Of a stretch of 14,779 nucleotides of DNA, positions 1-10,586 are shown piece by piece; position 1 is the stretch's first letter; the number at the start of each line of letters is the position of its first letter. The stretch covers positions 1 through 14,779 of the forward strand of contig NW_021825682.1 in NCBI RefSeq assembly GCF_006345805.1. Reading direction: 5' to 3'. This DNA is from Octopus sinensis. Taxonomy: Eukaryota. Under the pieces are notes generated by a model. The model saw only the letters and a list, made by a program, of their open reading frames with translations, searched no databases and was not told the origin of the DNA. Made by a program: the position numbers and the translations under genes.

Positions 1-577
1 AAACCGTATGGCATATTATCAGCCAGTGTACGCCAATAGCCCAGAAGAGACGCCACAACGATGTAGGCCAGGCTTGTCCATTGGACACTTTGCAACAATA
101 TGGACTTGATAGAACAAATTTGGTACAAACCCGAAGGCATCGTCGAAAATAGAAATGCAAAGATCCTATAGTATTTTATGATTCTGTGCGACCATGAGAT
201 AGAGAATAAGAAGCCGGACATAATTGAGAAAGAAAACAAACTATGCTGGATCATAGATTTATCATGTCCAGATGACAACATGGTATGCGATAAGGAAGAA
301 AGAAAAGTCAAGAGATATGACAGGTTAGATTGGGAAGTGAAGCAGTTGTGGTCAATGAAAAAGGTAGTGGTAGTACCAATAATTGTCGGAGGCCTGGGAG
401 CAGTGAGCAAAAGTCTCGAGAAGTACATGGAACAAATAGGGTCTGCAATAAGGATGGAACACTTGCAGTAAACATCACTGCTTGAAACGGTTCGAATATT
501 CCGAAAGGTGCTTGAAAAATAAGAGGGGAACAGCTGACACCATAGGACATCTCCAAAGTTAGAAGGTGCGCAAGGGC
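1..577 (+). mobile_element. 3' end of R4/Dong-like non-LTR retrotransposon (family A): end of CCHC knuckle, RLE nuclease and short 3' UTR; degenerate
   Basis: From nt 3 reads TVWHIISQC..RRHND, then after a frameshift RLVHWTLC..KIL*YFMILCDHEIENKKPDII..CWIIDLSCP..K..RY..VVPIIVGGLG..LQ*TSLLETVRIFRKVLEK* (stop 520-522). PD at 214-219. About 55 nt of UTR precedes (AAT)6. Confidence 0.9.
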
Positions 578-595
578 AATAATAATAATAATAAT
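578..595 (+). repeat. (AAT)6 tail/target tract
   Basis: Perfect aat x6 between the family A UTR and element E1. Confidence 0.95.
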
Positions 596-1059
596 TGTTT
601 TGTCTTGGTATAAAAGATGGGCTACAGCAAATATTCTGCTCAACACCACAGAATTGCTTGTCAGTTGTTTGACCTTAACCAGTGGCTGACGATATGTGCA
701 TCTCTGATCACGAGCAGAAGTAGTGGGGGAGCATCATAGCCATTGGTTGAGAGGGATTCTTTGGGGTTTGAATAATTCACCTCTGGAGACATGGGTGGGT
801 TTTCAACATCCTTAAACAACCCCTTATTCAGGGACCGTTTGAGTGGGATGGCTACTCAACCTGAAGAAAATTCTAACTGGGCCCCCACTTGCAAGTTCTT
901 GTGCTGTTGTTTTTTGATATGAGATCACCATGTCACGCACATATGTTTTGGGATGCATGTACCTGTGTACCCTTATCAGACGGTAGTCATGATGGGTATC
1001 CTGGGCTTCGAATATTTTACCCCAGTGTCAATTTGATGGCATGCACTGCTCTCTCACTC
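596..1059 (+). mobile_element. Non-coding interspersed element E, copy 1 (5'-truncated relative to E2); candidate non-autonomous retroelement or orphan long 3' UTR
   Basis: Colinear and highly similar to ~10669-11139 (tgttttg(t/c)cttggtataaaagatgggctacagc...gctc(t/g)ctcactc). Ends in an AAT/GAT tract. No RT or RLE-like reading frame. Confidence 0.8.
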
Positions 1060-1118
1060 AATAATGATGAGAGAATTGATGATGATGATGATGATGATAT
1101 AATAATAATAATAATATA

Positions 1119-1157
<39 letters not shown>
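1060..1157 (+). repeat. Compound (AAT)/(GAT) microsatellite
   Basis: aataatgatgag..(gat)n then long (aat)n with small interruptions. Confidence 0.95.
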
Positions 1158-1159
<2 letters not shown>

Positions 1160-2479
1160 TCAACACTTTAGACGTTCCAGTTATAAGTTACAGCTACAAT
1201 ATCCTTAACTGGACACTAAAGGAACTGACCAAAATAGATAGGAAAACAAGAAAAATAATGACAGGATCTAGGATGCATTACCCAAAATCTGACATAGAAA
1301 GGTTATATATACAACGTATAGATGGTGGTAGAGGCCTTATACAGCTGGAAAACTACTATAAAATAACCACCATAGACTGCAAATATAACTACTTCAGAAG
1401 GAAGGAAAACTGATACAAATAGCGGCAAAACACGAGCAAAACAAAACTGTTCTCAGTATTTAAGGAAGCTGACAAATACAAACAAGAAATCATACCACCT
1501 AAAAATATGAAGAAGAAGAAGAAGAAGAAAAGAAGAAGAAGAAGAGAAGAAAAGAAGAAGAAGAGAAGAAGAAGAAGAAGAAACAAAAACTATAAAACAA
1601 ATGAAATCCAAACTAAATAGAACAGCAACGATGGCAAGAAAATCCCCTTTATGGCAAATACTGGACTAAACTAAATGCAAAAGAATAGACAAAGAAAAAT
1701 CCCAACAATGGTTTGAGAAGCTCAGGACTCAAAGCAGAGACAGAGGATTTTTAATTGCAGCACAAGACCAAAGCCTCCCCACCAGAAATTACCAAAAACA
1801 TAATGAAAAGAAATATACAACTGCAGAATATGTGGAGATGGACAAGAAACAATAAATCATATTATCTCTGGCTGCTCAGTCCTGGCTAAGAAGGAATATA
1901 TTCACAGACACGACAGAGTTGGGACCTATATACATGGAACTATGCCAACATTATGGAATAACAACAGAAAAAAGATGGTATAGGCACACCCCAGAAAAGG
2001 TCACAGAAAACGAGAAAGCAACCATACTCTGGGATATGCCAATACACACAGATAGAGAAATTAAGGCCAACAGACCAGATATAGTTGTCAGAGATCATGA
2101 AGAAAAAAAATGTTTTCTAATTGATGTATCAATACCAGCAGATGACAACGTGTCTCTAAAAGAAATGGAGAACTTTCAAATACAAAGACCTGGAATAAGG
2201 TAACTAGAATGTGGAATCTAAAAACAGAAACAATTCCTATCATAGTAGGTGCATTAGGCATGATAAAAAAATATTCAGACAAATACATAACAAAAACACC
2301 AGGACTTAGAAACACATATAATATACAGAAATTGCACTACTAGGCACTGCATACATCCTACGCAGAACACTTTCCATACAATAACCATCAGAGCATCACG
2401 ACAAATCACAGCACATACCCAAGGCACACAGAGCTGCGCTCGGTAGCGAAGTGAAGCACGATATAAAAAATATACTACC
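1158..2479 (+). mobile_element. 5'-truncated R4/Dong-like element, family B copy 1 (RT thumb, linker, CCHC, RLE, 3' UTR); pseudogenised
   Basis: INTLDVPVISYSYNILNW..HYPKSDIERLY..GGRGLIQLE; WQENPLYGKY; IAAQDQSLPTRNY; CRICGDGQETINHIISGC (C-X2-C-X8-H-X4-C, 1822-1875); ILWDMPIHTDREIKANRPD (PD 2075-2080)..LIDVSIP; IPIIVGALG; ..RTLSIQ* (2382-2384). Several frameshifts. Confidence 0.93.
1509..1582 (+). repeat. Imperfect (GAA)n microsatellite inside the element B1 linker
   Basis: gaagaagaa.. with aaaa/gaga interruptions, lying between thumb and WQENPLYGKY motifs. Confidence 0.9.
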
Positions 2480-2504
2480 GATGATGATGATAATAATAAT
2501 AATA

Positions 2505-2539
<35 letters not shown>

Positions 2540-2561
2540 TAATAATAATAATAATAATAAT
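2480..2561 (+). repeat. (GAT)n-(AAT)n tail/target tract
   Basis: gatgatgatga followed by (taa)n directly after the B1 3' UTR. Confidence 0.95.
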
Positions 2562-2616
2562 ATCCTTCTCCGTATTTTATTCTCATTATTTCGAACTAAT
2601 ACAGGCAGAGTGAGCC

Positions 2617-5600
2617 TTGAAGAAAGGAAGAGGAAAAAAAATGTTCGGAGATAAAACTACCAACAAAAAAAATACAGACGAATATAGATCTGCTAGTCTT
2701 AAAAAGCTGCGCTATGAGCAATGCTTACATGTAAAGAACCCTAAACTGACAGATCCATCTCCTAATATAAGAATGGATGCTCGTCATGCTTCAAGGTCAA
2801 CAAATGAAACAATAAACCGCATTGGCCGTTGCGCGGATTACAAAAGACCACGTACCCGAAAATTGAACCAAAGTCTGATTGAAAAATCAGCTACTGGATC
2901 AAATCTTCCCGACACACAGGAACTTGACGTACCCCGCAACTGGAATATTCCAACAGATGGCCATCCATGCTCATCACCAAATAATCAAAAGAAAAAGGAG
3001 AAATGGTCTAGGGAAGATAATAAAGAAGTTCTTGAGGCCTTCTACCATGCCATATATTTCCCCACAGATAAATCTAGCACTGTAGAAGCATACTTAAACT
3101 GGAGACAGAAACACCCTGAAGTAAGACCCTACATAGACAGTAACAAACTTGCCAACGTCAGAAGAAACATTATAAAAAAAAAATTACTGACTGAAGTAGA
3201 GATTGATCAAGTTAGACAAGCAATATCGGATAAAATGAACGAAGCTGCAGCTAGAGAAGATAATACAGAGGAAATAATTATAGACCAGCCCAGGGCTGAT
3301 AAAAACGAAGTGAGGATTGAAAGAGTTAGTATAAGTGATAGGCAAAGTGAAATACTTCCTGAACCAATCATAAACACTAAGACAGATGAGCATCAAATAG
3401 ATAAAGAAAGTCACACAACAGAACTACATGAGCTAAAAAGTCAAATCATGATTGAATGGCTGAAAATTAAAGAAACCAGCATGGATGAACGTGATACACT
3501 TCCTAAAATCTGCAACTCTAACCAAAACATGAAAATAATTGGGAAAATCCGGCTTGCACTTAAGGATATAATTTCAGCTAATGATGTTGATATCACAAAC
3601 CTCAACCACCTATACTATGCATCCGCGAAAATCTCAACGATCCTATGTGGTGTAAAGATTAGAAACGGCAACATTCCCACAAAAAGCCTTCTTGGCAAGA
3701 GCGTCTGCAACAACAAATTAAAATATTTAGATCTGACATTGAATATTTGAAAAACCTTAAGGCTCACAAGACTACCAAACCTACAAAAACCCAAAAATTA
3801 CTGAAAAAATACAATATGAAAACTATACTTGATATTGATTCCACCATAGAAACCATCAAGCAAAAGGTATCTGCCAAAGCTGCCCGCATAGCGAGGTATG
3901 AAAAGCGTGTTAGATTTTTCAAGGACAACAACATGTTAAAAAATAACACCAAGAATTTTTACAGGAAGATAGGAAAAACAGCGTTTACTGCAAGGTCTGT
4001 AGCATGAAAAGAAGAAGTGCAGGGATTTTGGAATAAATTCTGGGCAGAAGAAAAAACACACAACGAAAAGGCACCCTGGATTGACAGAATATCTACAGAA
4101 CTGGACCCCTTAGAAGAGCAAAAGTGGGAGGGTGTCAGGAAAGGATAAAATTCCTAACTTCTGGCTGAATGCCTTCCCAGAGAGCCATGAACTGCTAACA
4201 GGACTGTACAATGATGTTTTGCAACACCCTAGTAGGATGCCTCCTTGGCTAGTTAATGGGTTAACATTCCTGCTTCCAAAAAGTGAAGAAACAAATGAAC
4301 CAAAAAACTATAGACCCATAACCTGCTTAACAACTATGTACAAAACACTAACATCTGTCCTGACGGAATATACCTATAGTTTTTTAACAGACAGCAGCAT
4401 ATTCCCTAATGAACAGAAAGGATGTAAACGTGGATCCTACGGCTGTAAAGACCAACTACTCATCAATAATATGATCTTAGAAGATTGTCACAAACGACAC
4501 AAAAACTTATCAATAGCCTGGATAGACTATAAAAAGGCTTTTGATAGCCTACCACATAGCTGGATTAGGAAATGCCTGGAAATGTATAAGATAACACCTA
4601 CTCTGCGAAACTTCTTGACCGTAAGTATGAGATCATGGAGAACCACACTAACTCTGAACAGTGACAATGAATCCCTAAATGCTGGTGATGTAAAAATTTC
4701 GTGTGGCATTTTCCAGGGTGACTCACTGTCACAACTCCTCTTTTGTGTATCCTTAATACCTCTCTCAAAGCTGCTCAATGACGCGCAGTACGGGTATAAA
4801 ATGTTTGATAAAAATATAAATCATCTCAAAAAATGACCAACAACTCAAGGGCTTACTAGCGATAGTCAAACAATTCAGTGACTACATCAGAATGCAATTC
4901 GGCCTCGATAAATGTGCAAAAGCTACCTTTATCAAAGGAAAAATGACAGAAACGTCTAACGTTAACCAGCAGAATGTCATAAAAGAACTAGACCCAGCGG
5001 AGAGCTACAAGTACCTAGGGGTAATTGAAGGGAACGTAATAAGGCATTCAGAGATGAAGGAAAGGATTAGGAGAGAATGCTATCGAAGAGTTAGGGCAAT
5101 ACTCAAGACAGAGCTGAATGCAAGAAACAGAATCGAAGCGATCAATGCATTAGCCATACAAGTCGTGACTTACAGTTTCAATATTGTTAACTGGTCAATT
5201 ACTGAAATATGTCAGCTCGACAGAAAAATAAGGAAACTGTTGACAATGCATAGAATGCACCACCCTAAGGCAGATACAGAACGACTCTATCTGCCAAGAA
5301 AAGAGGGAGGCCGTGGTCTTTTGCAGCTGGCAATAACAATGAAGATTGCTACAATTGGCCTAGACACCTACCTGAAAAACTCTGAGGACTGGATGTTAAA
5401 ACTTGTCTCAAAACATGAAAACAAGAAAGCATCATACTCAGTCACAAAACAGGCAAAGGAATATCTAAGTGAATTCCGAATACAACCAATTTCGGAATTA
5501 GAGATAGATATACAAGAAACAAGCACAGAAAAAGCTAGGCGCATGAAAACCCGTGCCAAAACTGCGGCCTTAGATATTCTGAATAATAAATGGCAAGAAA

Positions 5601-6340
5601 AACCTCTCTATGGCAAATACCCAAAGAGAGCGAATAATGCAGATATCGACAAAGACCTGACCCATCAATGGCTAATGGCCTCTGGCTTAAAATCTGAAAC
5701 AGAAGGGTTTATCATAGCAGCTCAAGATCAATGCCTACCAACAAGAAACTACCAGGTCAACATATTAAAGAACGGCAGTAGCCCAACATGTCGTGTATGC
5801 CGACAACAAAATGAAACCATTGATCACGTTGTCTCCAAATGCAGTCTTCTAGCGCCTACAGAGTACCTCAATAGGCATGATAGAGCTGCACAATATTCAC
5901 TGGGTAATGTGCAAAAACCTGGATTTGCCCCATGAAAAAAACTGGTGGAAACACAATCCACCTCCAATGCTTGAAAATGACCATATCTCACTCCTCTGGA
6001 ACTTCACCATTCAAACTGACAGGAAGATAGATGCAAATAGGCCAGACATCATATTGAAAGACTTCAGACAAAGAACATGCCTCCTCAATGATATGACTGT
6101 CCCAATCGATATAAACGTATCAGTCAAGACCTACCAAAAACTGAGCAAATATAAAGATTTTGAAATAGAAATCAGCAAAATGTGGAAGCTGAAGACTAAA
6201 ATAATACCTGTTGTCATAGGTGCCCTGGGAATGATAGCGAAAGGGACTGATTGCTACATAACTCAGATACCAGGAAACCTCAAAATGGCAGAAATTCAAA
6301 AGATAGTGTTCATATCCTACGCAAAATACTCTCTATGTAA
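2617..6340 (+). pseudogene. Family C RT-RLE polyprotein, broken into ORF pieces 2617-3750, 3747-4007, 4132-4836, 4892-5935, 5877-6353
   Basis: KWSREDNKEVLEAFY N-terminal motif; KPSWQERL; NYRPITCL; EQKGC; AWIDYKKAFDS; GIFQGDSLS; catalytic YMDD segment absent at 4827/4828; FGLDKC; YKYLG; HHPKAD; CRVCRQQNETIDHVVSKC (5789-5842); RPD (6039-6047); K..KY; HILRKILSM* (6338-6340). Confidence 0.92.
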
Positions 6341-6359
6341 TCCCAAGGTTTAAAACAAA

Positions 6360-6481
6360 CTTTTTTTTATTATTTTTATTTTATTTTTTATTTTTTATTT
6401 TTATTTTTTCATTTATTTATTTTTTTATTATGTATTAGACATTCACTAGTACAACACCAACCCCCCCCCCAAAAAAAAAAA
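6360..6481 (+). repeat. Low-complexity block in the family C 3' UTR: T-rich (TTTTA-like) run, then C10-A11
   Basis: T/TTTTA runs 6360-6430; C10 at 6461-6470; A11 at 6471-6481. Confidence 0.85.
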
Positions 6482-6584
6482 CCAACAAATATATGGCACA
6501 GAACTTCCAACCAGTTGGTCTCTTGAGGTCTGTGGGTGAGACTTGGAGCCAACTTGTACAGACATAAAGCAAAAGTCAAACATA

Positions 6585-6585
<1 letters not shown>

Positions 6586-6631
<46 letters not shown>

Positions 6632-6635
6632 TAAT
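6586..6635 (+). repeat. (AAT)n tail/target tract
   Basis: Near-perfect aat repeat directly after the family C UTR. Confidence 0.95.
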
Positions 6636-6710
6636 TGTTACGGCAATGATGGCCGTAACAATTGTAACGGCAATGATGGCCGTAACAATTGTAACGGCAA
6701 TGATGGCCGT
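6633..6710. repeat. 27-bp tandem repeat (2.9 copies) at the 5' junction of element D; first unit forms a 12-bp hairpin
   Basis: aattgt(t/a)acggcaatgatggccgtaac at 6633-6659, 6660-6686 and partial 6687-6710. 6633-6644 is the perfect reverse complement of 6652-6663. Confidence 0.95.
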
Positions 6711-9700
6711 CTCTCCACGAGTCAATCAAACCTCAAAAATGATAACACTATCGTAGCACCAAAATGTTTTTGGAAACTAAAAAGAAAACTAAATCAGTAT
6801 ACCAAATCGCTTGTCCTATGGTTAATCTGGAAGTGCGTCCCCCTGGGAAGAGCCAGCCTGGGATCGAAAAGTCATCAACTGGCACAAACTCTTCTCCGAA
6901 TACAGACATGGATGGTCACTTGAACGGGAAATTCCCCAACTCGAGCCCTCCAAGTTCACCACCACAGAAAAAAAATGTAAGCGGAACAAATGGACCCGAG
7001 AAGAGTATAAAGAAGTAATATACGCTTATTACTATGCATTAGGTAGGCCATCTCAAGAGAGACACACCGCAAACTCTTACAGTTTATGGAAAACACGGAA
7101 TCAAGACAGTAGGCCCTATTTGGACGAGAACAAATTAGCAAATGTGAGGAGGGATATCCTTAGAAATAACAGACTCACAGACAGTGAAATAAGCGCGATC
7201 AAGCACGCAACGGAAATGAAATAAATATAAGACACAAAGGAAATGAAGAATCAGATGAACAGTATAGCCTGCCACGAGGCTTAATTGAAAGACTGCTATC
7301 TGACCAAAGTACGCAAAGGCCTGAAGATACAAGAAATTCTATTGAACCTGTTAAAGATAGCCAGGAAAAGATAAAACAACAGTAACTGAAGATCTCGCAT
7401 TTGCTGAAGAACACAGAGAGTCTATGGCAGAAATGAGGCAGAAAATCCTGAATACACTTGAAGTTGTAAGACATACAAGTATGAATGATAGAGAACCACT
7501 TCATAAACTCTCAAATACAAACCAAAATAAAAAACAAATCCAAATTGGCAACTATGTAACAAATGAAATAATACAAGAATTAAAACCTGATTTTACTGAG
7601 TTAAATGAAATTATTTACGCTTTTACTAAGGCAATTGAAACCAGCTGTATGCCCCCGAAAAAAGAAAGAAAACCAAACCTGGGAAGAAATCAAACCCGGA
7701 GAAGTAAAATTGAAAAAGAGATTGAATTTATGAGAGGGGAAATATCAATATTAAATGAACTAATATGTGGAAATGATGTAAGATCCAGAACAGGAAGAAA
7801 GATGAAGAGAAAATTTTGATCCTCACCAAGAGAAGAACTGATATCAATAAAAGAAACGCTAAAACAAAAGGTCCAAGCAAAAGCCCAAAAATACGAAGAT
7901 TTCAGAAGAGAAACAAGTTTTACAAACAAAATAAGCTGTTCACATCCAATGCCAAAAATTCTACAGAGAAATAGGGAAGGAGAAAGTAACCGTTAAAGAC
8001 CCCCCTCGCATGGAAGAAGTTCAAAACTTTTGGAAAAGGATTTGGAGTGACAAGAAGACGTACAACATAAATGCAGACTGGATTATACAAACTGAAGGAT
8101 CCTACCAAAATTTACAACAAGCATGGGAAGACATCACAATAGCAGACCTAAGAAAGGCACTCACGAAGGCCCATAATTGGAAATCCCCCGGTAAAGATAG
8201 GGCGCCGAATTTCTGGCACGCATCGCTCCCATGCGCACACGGTAAGCTAGTTCAGCTGCTCAATGGAATTATGAGAGACCCAAAGAAAACACCCGAATGG
8301 TTAGCAAGTGGTATTACTTACCTACTCCCAAAGAATAACGAAACCAACCTTCCAAAAACTATCGGCCTATAACCTGTCTATCCACCACGTATAAAATCCT
8401 AACATCTATCCTGGCGGAGAAAACATATACATTCATGAAGAAGAACGATATTTTCCCCATTGAACAACAAGGGTGCCACCGAGGCTCATATGGATGCAAA
8501 GATTAACTGCTAATTAATCGTATGATCCTTGAGAATTGTCACAACAAGCACAGAAATCTCAGCTCCGCATGGATTGACTATAAAAAGGCCTTCGACAGCA
8601 TACCGCATCCATGGATCTTGAGATCGCTGGACATCTTCAAAATTTCCCTGTGATTTCAAGCTTCCTGAAGCACAATATGTCGTTGTGGAATACGAATCTC
8701 CATTATACCACTCTAATGGAGTACTTGCCTCAGAAAATATAAACATCAACTGTGGAATTTTTCAAGGTGACTCACTTTCACCTTTAATATTCTGCATAGC
8801 CCTAATACCCCTTACAAGTGAATTAAACAGAACAGGGTTTTATATGGATGACTTAAAACTTATGTTAAAGACAATAATGAACTTGAAGGCCTATTGCGCA
8901 CTGTGAAAGCATTCAGCGATGACATCGGGATGGAGTTTGGACTTGAGAAGTGTGCCAAGGCCACTTTCCAGAAAGGGAAAGTGAAGATCACAAATTCAGT
9001 CGTGTTAGATGTTGACACAGTCATAAGAGAGCTTGAGCAAGAACAAACATACAAATATTTAGGGATAAATGAAGGCTCTGGTATTCAGCATGCAAGCATG
9101 AAAGAGAAGATCAAGAAGGAATGTTATAGGAGAGTTCGTGCAGTCCTGAAATCTGAACTAAATGCACGTAACAAGGTGTTAGCTATAAATTCCTTAGCAG
9201 TTCCAGTTGTTTTTATAGCTACAATGTGTTGAACTGGAATATGAGTGAAGTAAAGAATATAGATAGAAAATACGCAAGCTGCTGAGTTGTAATAGGATGC
9301 ACCACCCAAAGGCAGACGTAGATCGCCTTTACCTTCCCAGAGCCCAAGGAGGTCGAGGCCTGATCCAATTTGAACTAGCTTACAAACAGCCACAATTGGA
9401 CTGGTCAAATATCTTGAAATAACGAATGACTGGATGCTAAAGCTCGTGGAATATTACGAGAGACGAAAGAAGCTTCATTCTATCATAAAGGAAAGCAAAA
9501 AATTGTGCTATTGACCTCGTGCAGGATACCCAAACTGAACAACCTGAGGGAAGTACGGCAACTATTGTTGCAAAGAAGGTGACAATAATGGCAACGAAAA
9601 AAGCGCCGAGCAATTGGCTGATAGGTGGGAGGAGAAACCTCTGCACGGCAAATATGTGGCCGCAGCAAACAAGCTGATGTTGACCAGAAGCAAACCATCA

Positions 9701-10586
9701 GTGGCTACGGAGCTCAGGGCTAAAAGCAGAGAGCGAAGGTTTCATCCTCGCTGCTCAAGATCAAAGCCTATTAACCCGGAACTACCAAGCCAATGTGATG
9801 AAAAATGGAGCAGACCCCAAATGCCGATTCTGCAACGACATGATTGAAACAGTGGACCACCTAATCTCTGGATGTAAAGTCTTAGCACCAGTGGAGTATA
9901 AATTAAGACATGACAGAGTTGGCCAATATCTATACTGGCTAATAAGTCGGCATTACAATATCAAAGCTGCCGACAAGTGGTATAATCACCACCCTGAAGC
10001 TGTAACTGAAGTTGAAAATTTAACGATTCTGTGGGACTTTCCAGTACATACAGACCGAATCATCAAGGCCAATAAACCAGATATTGTTGTGAAAGACCAA
10101 AACTATAAAGTTTGCTTATTGATCGACATGAGCATCCCCTGTGATCATAATATCTCGGAGAAAGAGTTTGACAAGCTCAGAAAATATAAAGACCTACTCA
10201 TTGAAATTGAGAAAATGTGGCATCTCAAGGCGGTTACAATACCAGTGATCGTAGGAGCACTAGGAATGATCAAGAAGGGAACCGAAAATTATATGAGAAT
10301 GATCCCTGGCTTACCATCCCTGCAAGAAGTGCAAACGATTGTCTTAACTGGTACATCACACGTATTTAGAAGAGCATTGTCGATGTGAGAACTATTACTA
10401 TTACTGTTTATACCCATACCCTGTTCTGTTTAATTCACTTGTTTTAATTTAACTTTAAAAAAAAATGAGCGAACTATTGAGTTTAGTTTAATGGCCTACC
10501 AATGTATACTATGAGTATCTTTGCCCTAGGAGTCGGGAAGACACCCGGCAAGAAATGGAAGCAAATTTGAAAGAAGAAAAAAAAAT
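6636..10586 (+). mobile_element. Near-full-length R4/Dong-like non-LTR retrotransposon, family D (~3.95 kb); inactive
   Basis: Same domain order as C but clearly different sequence. About 200 nt 3' UTR ending in A-rich gaaagaagaaaaaaaaaat. Confidence 0.92.
6764..10388 (+). pseudogene. Family D RT-RLE polyprotein, heavily frameshifted
   Basis: KWTREEYKEVIYAYY (6988 onward); NWKSPGKD; NYRPITCL; EQQGC; AWIDYKKAFDS; GIFQGDSLSP; FYMDD (8838-8852); FGLEKC; YKYLG; HHPKAD; WEEKPLHGKY; CRFCNDMIETVDHLISGC (9822-9875); KPD (PD 10077-10082)..LIDMSIP..K..KY; ..RRALSM* at 10388. The start is taken from the ORF track and is uncertain. Confidence 0.92.

Larger units (their letters stand above)
2562..6585 (+). 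mobile_element. Near-full-length R4/Dong-like non-LTR retrotransposon, family C (~4.0 kb); inactive
   Basis: Single disrupted ORF with N-terminal domain, RT, CCHC and RLE, then ~245 nt 3' UTR and an (AAT)n tail. Bounded on both sides by AAT tracts. The exact 5' end is assumed to be the tract boundary. Confidence 0.92.

Noticed and set aside
2275-2586. ORFs rich in poly-Ile/Tyr/Leu/Asn (also 889-1119, 1389-1586, 11439-11651, 11817-12134)
   Set aside because: They are translations of (AAT)n, (ATT)n or (TTC)n microsatellites, which lack stops in some frames; they are not real membrane proteins
2617-3750. 377 aa ORF as a separate ORF1/gag or host gene
   Set aside because: It continues by frameshift into KPSWQERL and the pre-RT region, and is homologous to the N-terminus of D; it is part of a single-ORF element
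4132-5935. RT interpreted as group II intron, retron, DGR or LTR/Penelope pol
   Set aside because: It is followed by a CCHC knuckle, a PD-(D/E)xK nuclease and a simple-repeat tail; no integrase, RNase H, protease, GIY-YIG, APE or LTRs are seen
6633-6710. 27-bp palindromic repeats as a mini CRISPR array, or the HHCRYNCYG repeat peptide in ORF 6409-6729 (-)
   Set aside because: Repeats are directly adjacent with no spacers, there are no cas genes and the context is eukaryotic; the peptide is simply the antisense translation of the repeat
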